A stretch of 24,659 nucleotides of DNA from a virus. Lineage: Duplodnaviria > Caudoviricetes. The stretch lies in the IMG/VR virus record IMGVR_UViG_3300025653_000248, positions 1 to 24,659 of that record, one strand, 5' to 3'. Of this stretch, positions 1-8,900 are shown piece after piece (positions within the stretch are counted from its first letter, which is position 1; every line of letters begins with the position of its first letter). Under the pieces are notes generated by a model that had not been told where the DNA came from, ran no database searches, and saw only the letters and a program-made list of their open reading frames with translations. The position numbers and the translations under genes were made by a program.

Positions 1-1
1 T

Positions 2-505
2 GATACGGAAGGTGGCAACAAGTGTGGTCGCCTATCCAAAAAGGAAGAAAGCGAACTCGCAGGGGATGACCCTCGTGTTCTCTTGAGTCAGTCAGTGACC
101 TGCAATCAGGTTCTTTATGGTGTCATTACGGCAACAGGAACTCTTGCAGACGGAACAGAAACCTCTGTTACGGACATGCCATTCGTGGGCTACTTCAAGC
201 GTTCGGGTTTCCGCCCTGTCAGTGACTTCATCAAGCAGAAGCTGACGGATAAGAAAATCCTCATGCAGAAGGCAATCATCGAGATGACCACTGAGAAGCA
301 CAAGAATGGCGGCGTCATTTTCTGGACACCGAAGCTATCCCTCGTAAAGGAAGTATCGGTCACACAGGAAGACAAAGACCTCTTGAAGTATTTCTTGGAA
401 ATGGTCAACACCTACAATGAAGGGGTGATGGAACAGTACCGCACCTCTGCCAAGATGCTGATGGATGATGAAGATGTAGACCTCGCCGAAAGACTGGCTG
501 GGTAG
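2..505 (+). CDS. 5'-truncated phage replication-module protein, possibly ssDNA-binding
   Basis: The frame of the 83..505 ORF is open back to base 2 (DTEGGNKCGRLSKKEESELAGDDPRVLLSQ...), so the true start lies outside the window. Acidic C-terminus (MDDEDVDL) and position before the exonuclease suggest SSB; function is inference. Confidence 0.6.
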   Translation, partial: DTEGGNKCGRLSKKEESELAGDDPRVLLSQSVTCNQVLYGVITATGTLADGTETSVTDMPFVGYFKRSGFRPVSDFIKQKLTDKKILMQKAIIEMTTEKHKNGGVIFWTPKLSLVKEVSVTQEDKDLLKYFLEMVNTYNEGVMEQYRTSAKMLMDDEDVDLAERLAG

Positions 506-507
506 TC

Positions 508-1398
508 ATGCTTCAACTCTTAGAAGTACAGGACTTCTTGCAAAAAGCAGGACGGGGGGAGCTTGACTCCTCCCGACTCGAACCTCTCATAGAAAAGTTC
601 GGAGAGGATTGCAAGGATGCCTTACGCAAACAACTCAGTCGTCGAGGCGACTATCGCATTCGTATGTCAGGTCTAGGACGCCCCCTATGCCAACAACAGT
701 TGGAAAAGGCAGGCAACGTCCAAGATGTGGCATACAACGATGTGATGCGTTTCCTTATCGGTGACCTCGTCGAGGCCGTTGCTGTCTTCACCCTGAAGGG
801 AGCAGGCGTTCGCGTCGTCAAGGAACAGGAACAGTGTAGCCTCGAACTCGCAGGTGAAACCATCAACGGAACCTTAGACATCGTCCTCGAAGATGAGGAA
901 GGTGAGAAGGTTTGGGATATCAAATCTGCAAGCCCATGGTCTTATGAGAATAAGTTCTCAGGGCGTGGTGGCTACGAAGCCATCAAAGAAGACGATGCGT
1001 TCGGATATATCATGCAGGGGTATCTCTATTCTGAGTCACAGGGTAAGCCCTTCGGCGGGTGGATAGCCATCAATAAGTCGTCCGGAGAGTGGGACTTTGT
1101 GCCTGCACCTCGCGAACAAGAAGAGGACAGGAAAGCCTATCTTTCTGATGCAGAGAAGCGAGTGAAGCATCTTATCAACGACGGCAAGTTCAAAGTGCCG
1201 TTCGAAGCCGCAGATGAAGCGTACACGGAGAAAGGTGTTCGCATCGAGACAGGGAACAAGCTTATGCCGAAGACCTGTTCATTCTGCTCATTCAAGGAGA
1301 AGTGTTGGAAGGGTGCTGTGTTTCATCCGAAGGTAACTTCTCGTGCTAAGTTCAAGCCATCTACTTGGTACACGAAGCTTGTGAAGACGGAGCTGTGA
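508..1398 (+). CDS. PD-(D/E)XK exonuclease, Cas4/RecB-like, probable Fe-S cluster
   Basis: Motifs GTLDIV...WDIKS and Q-x-Y-x-Y (YIMQGYLY). One N-terminal Cys (SGLGRPLC) plus C-terminal C-x2-C-x5-C (CSFCSFKEKC). Confidence 0.85.
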   Translation: MLQLLEVQDFLQKAGRGELDSSRLEPLIEKFGEDCKDALRKQLSRRGDYRIRMSGLGRPLCQQQLEKAGNVQDVAYNDVMRFLIGDLVEAVAVFTLKGAGVRVVKEQEQCSLELAGETINGTLDIVLEDEEGEKVWDIKSASPWSYENKFSGRGGYEAIKEDDAFGYIMQGYLYSESQGKPFGGWIAINKSSGEWDFVPAPREQEEDRKAYLSDAEKRVKHLINDGKFKVPFEAADEAYTEKGVRIETGNKLMPKTCSFCSFKEKCWKGAVFHPKVTSRAKFKPSTWYTKLVKTEL

Positions 1399-1399
1399 T

Positions 1400-1792
1400 A
1401 TGCCGCTCATCTACACAACTCGTTACCCTTTAGAACTCATGGACATGAACCCCCATATCAAGTTTGTGTATATGGAGTCCCACTTGGGAACAGGTGGTGG
1501 TAGGGATACCGTCAAGGTTCGCAACCTAGAAAAGTCCCTGCCATTGACGCTACGAAACCATTTTGCAGACGACGGATATCTTACAGCAGACACAGAAGCT
1601 AGGGATATCCCTGTTATAGAAAATCAGTTTCAAACCATAACCCACCACTTGAGAATGGGAGATATTATATGCCTACCGACGACAGTCATATCAAGCGAAA
1701 TCACGTCTCTAGAAAAACGCTCCCCAAAAGTAGGAATGTATCTCTCAAAACGTCTGGACAATCTGAAAAACATGTTTCTTCCGAACGGATAA
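1400..1792 (+). CDS. Hypothetical phage protein, possibly a diverged macro-domain-like family member
   Basis: 130 aa, GGAG upstream, starts 1 nt after the previous stop. Layout NP-x3-FVY...GTGGG...IICLP...SPK resembles a recalled phage family (NP..lfVFGdN...G.GG; DUF7831 from memory). Confidence 0.6.
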   Translation: MPLIYTTRYPLELMDMNPHIKFVYMESHLGTGGGRDTVKVRNLEKSLPLTLRNHFADDGYLTADTEARDIPVIENQFQTITHHLRMGDIICLPTTVISSEITSLEKRSPKVGMYLSKRLDNLKNMFLPNG

Positions 1793-2157
1793 ACCGGAGG
1801 ATTAGGTTTCGTTCGAAGTTCGAGGTTAGCGTTGCCAAGTCTCTGGCAGACCGTGGCATCAAGTTCGAATACGAGTCAGAGAAGATTGTGTTCGTTCCTA
1901 AGCCGCGAACATACACTCCAGACTTCTACCTTCCCCACAACGACATCTACATCGAAGCCAAGGGACACTTGGATAAGGGCGACCGAGTCAAGATGGTTCT
2001 TGTAAAGGAACAGAACCCTCACTTGGATATTCGGTTCGTGTTTCTCAATGCGCGAAATAAGATTTATAAGGGCAGTAAGACAACCTACGGAGACTGGGCT
2101 ACTCGTCACGGTTTTGAGTGGGCAGAGAAAAGCATACCAGAGGAGTGGCTAAAATGA
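1669..2157 (+). CDS. T7 endonuclease I-like Holliday-junction resolvase
   Basis: FRSKFE...YTPDF...IYIEAKG...DRVKM...QNPHLDIRFVF...KGSKTTYGDWA is the T7 gp3 signature. The only in-frame ATG upstream of the domain is 1669 (GGAG at 1658-1661, 7-nt spacer). Start is uncertain because of a 124-nt overlap. Confidence 0.92.
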   Translation: MPTDDSHIKRNHVSRKTLPKSRNVSLKTSGQSEKHVSSERINRRIRFRSKFEVSVAKSLADRGIKFEYESEKIVFVPKPRTYTPDFYLPHNDIYIEAKGHLDKGDRVKMVLVKEQNPHLDIRFVFLNARNKIYKGSKTTYGDWATRHGFEWAEKSIPEEWLK

Positions 2158-2504
2158 GTGACGATGACGACATCTTCGAAAAACTTTTCGAACTGAACCA
2201 ACAACTAGAGAAGAACTCTCTCCTTCCTGACCGCTACTACATAATCCTCAACGAGGTAGATGATGAGAGCGTGTCTATGGCTGTGTACGATACGACAGAC
2301 CAAAACCATGATACCAATGAAATATCAGCAGCACAGGTTTTGACTCTTGGTCTTTTGGAGATTATGGAATCTGACTTCGAAAAAGTTATGGAAGCCGGAA
2401 TGTTTCGCTTATCTATGCTTGACTTCGATTCGAAAACTGCTAAGATAACCGACAGGTCTTTAGGAGACAACGTCGTTAAAGTAGATTTTGGAAAGAAGCA
2501 CTAG
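2154..2504 (+). CDS. Hypothetical acidic protein (116 aa)
   Basis: Start re-assigned to ATG 2154 (ATGA overlap with the previous stop, AGGAG at 2141-2145). Ends DNVVKVDFGKKH. Confidence 0.75.
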   Translation: MSDDDDIFEKLFELNQQLEKNSLLPDRYYIILNEVDDESVSMAVYDTTDQNHDTNEISAAQVLTLGLLEIMESDFEKVMEAGMFRLSMLDFDSKTAKITDRSLGDNVVKVDFGKKH

Positions 2505-2505
2505 G

Positions 2506-2775
2506 ATGACAGACTACAACAGAATTATAAAAGAGATTGAGGAGAGGAAAAAACAATCCTCTATTCAGTCGGATATGGTGAACAACCCACCGCACTACAA
2601 TCAGGCAGGTATAGAGTGCCTCGATGCTATTCGCGCCGCAACCAATGAAGGTTACGAGTATTACCTTCAGGGAAACATACTCAAATACCTGTGGCGGTAT
2701 CGCTACAAGAATGGTGTGGAAGACTTGAACAAAGCCCAGTTTTATCTTCAACGTCTTATTGAAGAGGTGGAGTGA
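2506..2775 (+). CDS. DUF3310 / T7 gp1.7-like protein (putative nucleotide kinase)
   Basis: DMVNNPPHY...IECLDAI...YLQGNILKYLWRYRYKNGVEDLNKAQFYL is the DUF3310 pattern. ATG at 2506 follows the previous stop. Confidence 0.88.
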   Translation: MTDYNRIIKEIEERKKQSSIQSDMVNNPPHYNQAGIECLDAIRAATNEGYEYYLQGNILKYLWRYRYKNGVEDLNKAQFYLQRLIEEVE

Positions 2776-2945
2776 TGCAGTGTTGGCATTGTAATGGCGA
2801 ACTGATTTGGTGTGCCGACCACGACGTCGACCACGAGTTCACGAACTACGCCATGTTGACAGAGTTGCACTGTCCCAAGTGCGAGAGTGATTACGAGATT
2901 TACTATCCAAAGAAAAAGGAAGACAATGACAGAATACATCTGTAA
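2775..2945 (+). CDS. Zn-ribbon microprotein 1 (56 aa; not in ORF track)
   Basis: MQCWHCNGELIWCADHDVDHEFTNYAMLTELHCPKCESDYEIYYPKKKEDNDRIHL. Two CxxC pairs, TGATG coupling to the upstream gene, GAGGTGGAG upstream. Confidence 0.85.
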   Translation: MQCWHCNGELIWCADHDVDHEFTNYAMLTELHCPKCESDYEIYYPKKKEDNDRIHL

Positions 2946-3066
2946 GCATTGTCGTAACATCCAGTATGTAAGTAAAAGGATGTTCGAATACGCCCACAGG
3001 GTTTTGTGTCGCGTGTGTTCGAACGAAATAAACCCACAAGACACGCAGGAGAAAAAAGATGTCTAA
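2926..3066 (+). CDS. Zn-ribbon microprotein 2 (46 aa; not in ORF track)
   Basis: MTEYICKHCRNIQYVSKRMFEYAHRVLCRVCSNEINPQDTQEKKDV. CxxC-x18-CxxC, AAGGA at 2916-2920, fills the gap to nrdJ exactly and overlaps both neighbours. Confidence 0.75.
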   Translation: MTEYICKHCRNIQYVSKRMFEYAHRVLCRVCSNEINPQDTQEKKDV

Positions 3067-4987
3067 TACGCTACCTACCCCCTACCAACAATTCATTCAC
3101 AAGTCACGCTACGCTCGTTGGCTAGATGAGGAGTCTCGCCGTGAAGACTGGCACGAGACTGTCGAACGCTATGTTGACTACATGGTTAGTCACGTTCGTG
3201 AAAAGAATGCGTATGAGATGCCTGACCAGTTACGCCGCGAACTCACACAGGCTATTATCAACCTAGATGTTATGCCTTCTATGAGGGCTATGATGACCGC
3301 AGGGCCAGCCTTAGCTCGTGATAATATCTGTGGGTACAACTGTTCATACATTCCCGTAGACAGCCCTCGTTCGTTCGATGAGGCCATGTATATTTTGATG
3401 TGTGGCACAGGGGTAGGTTTTAGTGTTGAGCGTGAGAACGTCGATAAGTTGCCTGTCATCAGTGAGAACTTCAGCAAGTCAGATATTGTTATCAACGTTG
3501 CCGACAGCAAGATTGGGTGGGCAAAGGCATTTCGCGAACTGGTTGCGCTTCTCTACGCAGGTACGATACCTTCGTGGGATGTCAGTGGGATTCGCCCTGC
3601 AGGTTCGCGGCTGAAGACTATGGGTGGACGAGCATCCGGACCACAACCATTGGTTGACCTGTTCAACTTCGCTGTTGGGATGTTCAAGAAGGCGGCAGGA
3701 CGTCGCCTCTATCCTATCGAAGCCCACGACTTGATGTGTAAGGTTGGTGAGGTTGTCGTCGTCGGTGGAGTTCGCCGCTCTGCCTTGATATCCCTGTCAA
3801 ACCTTAACGATGACCAAATGGCACACGCCAAAGCAGGTATGTGGTGGGAGAATGAGGGGCAACGTGCGTTGGCGAACAACTCTGTTGCCTACAAGTCCAA
3901 GCCTGAAATCGGAACCTTCATGCGTGAGTGGGTGTCCCTCTACGACAGTAAGTCTGGTGAGCGAGGCATGTTCAATCGTGAAGCGGCAGACAAGCAAGTT
4001 GCTCGTAACGGGCGTAGGGAAACAGGACACGCTTGGGGAACGAACCCCTGCTCCGAAATCATTCTTCGTCCCTACCAGTTCTGCAACCTGTCAGAGGTTG
4101 TGGTTCGCTCACACGATACCCTGAATGACCTGAAGCGGAAGGTTCGCCTCGCAACCATCTTGGGAACCTTACAATCAACCTTGACCGATTTCAAATACTT
4201 GAGGAAGATATGGAAAGACAACACAGAAGAAGAACGCTTGTTGGGCGTGTCCTTGACTGGTATCATGGACCACAACGTCCTAGCCGGAATGACAGACAGC
4301 CGAGCATGGCTCACCGAAATGAAGCAGATAGCCATCGACACAAACTTGGAGCTTGCCCAGACGCTTGGAATCCCACAGAGCAGTGCAATCACTTGTGTAA
4401 AGCCGTCGGGTACTGTATCACAACTGGTAGACAGTGCAAGTGGGATTCACGCTAGGCACAACGACTACTACATCCGAACAGTTCGCGGCGATAACAAAGA
4501 CCCGTTGACCCAGTTCCTTATCAACGAGGGTGTCCACAACGAACGGGACGTCATGAAACCGGATGCGACGACAGTCTTTTCGTTTGCGATGAAGAGTCCG
4601 GACAACGCTGTCCTTCGTGATGACAGGACTGCTATCGAACAGTTAGAGTTGTGGAAGCTCTACGCGAACTATTGGTGCGAACACAAACCATCAATCACAG
4701 TGTCCGTAAAGGAACACGAGTGGATGGAAGTCGGGGCGTGGGTATATGATAACTTCGATGTTTCATCGGGAGTGTCGTTCCTTCCGTTCAGTGACCACAC
4801 CTATCAACAAGCCCCCTATCAGGACATCGAACCTGACGACTACCACGATTGGCAGAAGTCTTACGAACACGTGGTCTTGGATTGGAACAAGCTGACTGAC
4901 TTTGAGAAGGAAGATAACACCAGTGGTTCACGGGAGTTAGCTTGCACAGCAGGTGTCTGTGAAGTTGTTGACTTGACAGCCGCATGA
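3059..4987 (+). CDS. nrdJ: Class II (adenosylcobalamin-dependent) ribonucleotide reductase, monomeric RTPR type
   Basis: PSMR, YNCSY, GTGVGFS, VGGVRRSALI, catalytic TNPCSEI, CVKPSGTVSQL, C-terminal redox pair CTAGVC. No terminal tyrosine pair and no beta-subunit gene nearby. Confidence 0.95.
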   Translation: MSNTLPTPYQQFIHKSRYARWLDEESRREDWHETVERYVDYMVSHVREKNAYEMPDQLRRELTQAIINLDVMPSMRAMMTAGPALARDNICGYNCSYIPVDSPRSFDEAMYILMCGTGVGFSVERENVDKLPVISENFSKSDIVINVADSKIGWAKAFRELVALLYAGTIPSWDVSGIRPAGSRLKTMGGRASGPQPLVDLFNFAVGMFKKAAGRRLYPIEAHDLMCKVGEVVVVGGVRRSALISLSNLNDDQMAHAKAGMWWENEGQRALANNSVAYKSKPEIGTFMREWVSLYDSKSGERGMFNREAADKQVARNGRRETGHAWGTNPCSEIILRPYQFCNLSEVVVRSHDTLNDLKRKVRLATILGTLQSTLTDFKYLRKIWKDNTEEERLLGVSLTGIMDHNVLAGMTDSRAWLTEMKQIAIDTNLELAQTLGIPQSSAITCVKPSGTVSQLVDSASGIHARHNDYYIRTVRGDNKDPLTQFLINEGVHNERDVMKPDATTVFSFAMKSPDNAVLRDDRTAIEQLELWKLYANYWCEHKPSITVSVKEHEWMEVGAWVYDNFDVSSGVSFLPFSDHTYQQAPYQDIEPDDYHDWQKSYEHVVLDWNKLTDFEKEDNTSGSRELACTAGVCEVVDLTAA

Positions 4988-4997
4988 GGATTTGACA

Positions 4998-5189
4998 ATG
5001 GTAGGCACGATTGATATACAAGAATACATCGAACATGAGGACGGCAGTGCCACCATCACGTTTGATTGCGACGTCAAGACACGGGAACTCCTTATTGGTC
5101 TAGGTCTCGTGTCCCTTCTTGAGAAGGCAGTAAACGAAAAGGATGGATACGACGTAGCCAACCCAAATCAACTGGAGTTAGACCTGTGA
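4998..5189 (+). CDS. Hypothetical protein (63 aa)
   Basis: ATG 4998 lies 7 nt after GAGGA (4986-4990). EHEDGSATITFD motif; stop overlaps the next GTG. Confidence 0.75.
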   Translation: MVGTIDIQEYIEHEDGSATITFDCDVKTRELLIGLGLVSLLEKAVNEKDGYDVANPNQLELDL

Positions 5190-5611
5190 AGAATCTTGAA
5201 CCATCAGTAGCGAACCGCAAGAAGTTTGACCTCGACCTCGCCTACGGTAAAGTTCGCGAACAGAAGGTTGCAGACATGCTTACGGACAAAAAAATAGAGG
5301 TCAAATCTGAACGTGACCTCTGGACAAAGACTGGCAACATTGCCATCGAATATGAATGTTATGGTAAGCCTAGCGGCATTACAAGCACAGATGCGGACTA
5401 TTGGTTCCACAATCTATGTATCGGAGACGAGACGTTCGCAACCCTCGTCTTCGATGTTCCTTCCCTACGCCGTATCATCGAAAACCTAGACTACAAACGT
5501 AGTGTTAGCGGCGGAGATAACAACGCTTCACGAATGTACCTTCTGAGTCTTCAGAAGCTTTTCTCAACCGATGTAATAAAGGCGTATAAAGATGGCAAAG
5601 AGACCACGTAA
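5186..5611 (+). CDS. Putative restriction-endonuclease-like (PD-(D/E)XK fold) protein
   Basis: GTG start with GGAG upstream. G-x3-E helix (GKVREQ), KIEVKSE, TGNIAIEY, GKPSGI, ADYW pattern typical of a common phage nuclease-like family. Function is inferred. Confidence 0.6.
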   Translation: MKNLEPSVANRKKFDLDLAYGKVREQKVADMLTDKKIEVKSERDLWTKTGNIAIEYECYGKPSGITSTDADYWFHNLCIGDETFATLVFDVPSLRRIIENLDYKRSVSGGDNNASRMYLLSLQKLFSTDVIKAYKDGKETT

Positions 5612-5816
5612 AGCAACCCTGTTCGACCTTCATGTGTTTATGAACGACAGGGGAGATATCGAGATAGAGACGTCACGGGTTGACCCTGATGAGTTCGCGG
5701 CTGTCGTAGACCGGGATATGCCCTACTACGAAGCGACACACGCCGTGGCAAGCCTCATCAGGTTCCTCAATGAAATGGGGGATGAAATCCGCGAACGTGC
5801 GAGACGCTACGTCTAG
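5592..5816 (+). CDS. Hypothetical protein (74 aa), last gene of the + arm
   Basis: Overlaps the previous gene by 20 nt. Stop TAG at 5814-5816. Confidence 0.7.
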   Translation: MAKRPRKATLFDLHVFMNDRGDIEIETSRVDPDEFAAVVDRDMPYYEATHAVASLIRFLNEMGDEIRERARRYV

Positions 5817-5986
5817 GACATCATACCTTTCTTCATCTTGCCACCGTACATCATGCCGGACATGCCCATCTTGTTCTTGCGGTCCATCATGGGGTTCGCT
5901 GACATTGCCATGCCGCCACCGTACATAGGTTTGCGAACCATCGAGCCGTAAGCGTAGCCCTTGCGGTTTTTGTTCTTCATCTTCAT
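5813..5986 (-). CDS. Met/Lys/Gly-rich basic microprotein (57 aa; not in ORF track)
   Basis: MKMKNKNRKGYAYGSMVRKPMYGGGMAMSANPMMDRKNKMGMSGMMYGGKMKKGMMS. ATGA coupling to the 1596-aa gene, GAGG upstream, fills the whole gap between arms. Confidence 0.85.
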   Translation of the reverse strand: MKMKNKNRKGYAYGSMVRKPMYGGGMAMSANPMMDRKNKMGMSGMMYGGKMKKGMMS

Positions 5987-8900
5987 TGTTGGGGTTCCTC
6001 TTCTGTACCTATTAAGTTTAATGCTTGACCAGCGGTTTCAAGTCCGGATGTAACGGATGATGCTAGACCATCCGACTCTCCAGTCAACGTCAGTTCGTTT
6101 ACTTCGGGACCTAGTTCTTTGAATAAAAAGTTTTTTGCTATCACATCAAAGGTGAACATGTCTGTAGGAGATAGTAGTTCCGGAGTGTTAGCATAGAGTG
6201 AAAGAATTCTAGCAGCCTCTTTATCCTGAAGAGCCAACTTCATCAGTTCGATTTTTCCAGACCTCGATGCAACGAACAGGTATTCTGTTGCAACGTAAGG
6301 AGCACTAACAACACCTCTTGCTAGACCATAGGCACGACTTATTATGCTACTAAATCTATACCCTGTGGTTGCATCACCTACAATATTTTTTGCTGGTATA
6401 GCATAAGACGAGTCGTTGACGTGTCTGACAATGTCTTCGACGAATGATATATGGTCTTCATCCATTCCGATTTTTTTCAAAGCATCTCTAGTTCCCGGCT
6501 CTTCAAGCTTGGCTAACAACTCTTGAGGACTGAGGAATGTTTTTGGAACCGCACCTTCTAAACCTTCCTTAGTAACCTGTGAGACTTTTCCTCGAACAGG
6601 AGAGAGTCCTCCGGCTTCAAACAGACCTTCGATTGTGTACTGAGTTGTGATGTCTTTCCACATCTGATTTCTAGCAGCACTATCGAGACCTGCAGCTTCT
6701 GCAACTTTATCAAACCTTAATTTCAGAACATCGAGAGAACCACCCTCTGAACTAAAAATGTAGTTATCGACGAAGTTCTTTCCGGTCATGTTTCCAAGAA
6801 TTTCTTGGGTAAGTTTTAATTCGAGTTGCGCATCCTCTGTCAACTTAGCTATGTCTCTAGTTTGCTCTGCCCTGTAAGTCTGGAAATCTTGCTTTAAGAC
6901 TTCCCATGCTTTGGCAACTTCCGGACTTTCTTTGATAGCTTCTGCCATCGTATCCCGTGCGATTATTGCTTCACCTAAATTTACTAAAGGAACTTCAAAT
7001 TGTCCCTCTGCTGTTTTTATGGTTACCAACATGTTCGATTCGAGTTCGTCAACTTTGTCAATCAGTTCAGGGTTTATGTTTTTGTTTATCCTAGCAGGAC
7101 CATAAACATTTCGTGACTCGGTATAGTTTTTCAAGAAGTCTTTTCCAAACTTCTCGTAGATAATCTCTGTAAGGATGTCTTGAGCATCTTCAAAGTTGCT
7201 TATACCTTCATCCGTTGTCAAATCGAACATATACCGTCCTGTCGGATTTTTTTCATCGACAACAAAATCTCCGAACGTGTATTCAAAGTTTTGAACAGCA
7301 TTCTGTAGGCTTGCTGGTCTATAGGAAGGGTTAGGAGCTACAGACAAACCCAAGGCTGCTTGAGACGTTATATCGTTAAATATCTCAGAGGGAGGTTTGG
7401 AGTACACCGAACGCAACCCTGTCGTTCCTAAACCTTCTCCTTGACGAACAAGATTTCTATTAGTAGCTTTTTGAAGCCTGTCAATGTACAGGCCTTTTGT
7501 TTGTGGCGTTCCCACTTCTAGTTCGTACTTTCGGCGAGTATCGACAGCCATATCGTTATATTCTTTGTAGTTACTTTCTAGATGTAGGTCTAAGTCATCA
7601 ACAAACTTACCAAACACACGTGCGTTTTCTAAATCCCCAGAATTCGCATAAGAGGCTGCCGTTCTGACGAAAGCTCTTCTTAACAGTTCTAAGTCGTACG
7701 GGTCAGCAATTACAAACGGGTTGAAGTTCGGGTCGTGCTGAGTCAGGTATAGGCTAAACTCTAAGTCTGACATGCGTTTTACTTTTTGAACTTCTTCTGC
7801 AGGTATGCCTGAATTTATCAAATTATCTCTAATCGCATCGAGATGTCCGGGAGGAAACTGATTGACTAGGATGTTGTCTACGGCTTGTCTAGCATGTACG
7901 CCGTCTCTGCCCAAGAACAATTCAGATTCAGGCCCGAAGAAACGCCTAAGTCCAGTAGTTCTGTCCTGTCCTTCTACTAGCATTTCTACAACCGGAAGAA
8001 TATCAACTTCCCCGTAGTCAGCCGCGAACTCTTTGAACGGTTGATAAATCTCATCGCCTCTCAGCCGGATTGCAGCAACACGTCCTGCAACATATGTTTC
8101 AGTGGCATTGTCAACAGCCTGCCCATGCCCTGTCGTGTTTCGCAGACCTCTAGCTGTAGCCGTAGACAATCTAATCTTATTACGAACCTGTTTGTTTTGA
8201 TTTGCAATGTCTTCAAGTTCATTGTAAGGTTCGCCGAGTGACCTCTTTACTGTTTTTCTATAACTACGAAAAGCAGCCATAGTCTGGGCGTCAGGAAGTT
8301 TAGAATCGTCTAAGGTACTTGTGAAAACTTCGATGTCATCTAGAGCTTTGAGTTGTTGACGGTTTACTTCGTTTATCTCTTTCTGAAGATTGACTATGCC
8401 TTGCCGCCTCATCTCTACGAACTCAGCAGTTCTTCTTCTGGCTCCGGGGTCGGATATGTTTCCGATGCGTTGCTCTATCTCATCGAGAGTTCTACTAACT
8501 ATGAGATATTCTTTTTCGAATGACTGCAGGTCTCGTTCCATAAAATCTAAATCGTACTTGCTTAAAGTTTCTAAGCTGATTTTCTTACGGTTCAATTCTC
8601 CGGCGGCTGCTAAAGAAAGCAAACCAGCAGTGTGAGAATAATCTCTGTAGACCAGCTCGGCAATCTCATCTTGAATTTCAACAGGAAATCTACTGATAAT
8701 TTGCTTGGTAGATTTTTCTACATCAGCCATAGCTCTCAGATGCTGGTCTCTGTATTCAGGAGGAAGCTTCTTAAAGAAGGTTAGAACATTTCTAACTGAA
8801 GCTGCTTCTTCTTTAGTGAGTGGACGCCCTATAGACATTTCATAGTTTCGAATAGTCTTATCAACAAGGATATCCCCTGCAACAGGAATTGAACCGAGTA

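Noticed and set aside
508-1398. CRISPR-Cas locus suggested by the Cas4-like gene
   Set aside because: No cas1/cas2 or array; the context is phage replication.
2748-3044. Minus-strand ORFs (98 aa and 66 aa) in the gap before nrdJ
   Set aside because: Against the arm's direction; the two + strand CxxC microproteins with SDs and coupling explain the region better.
3059-4987. Intein or intron in nrdJ
   Set aside because: The ORF is continuous and of compact size, with no intein-like insertion near the NPC or KPSG motifs.
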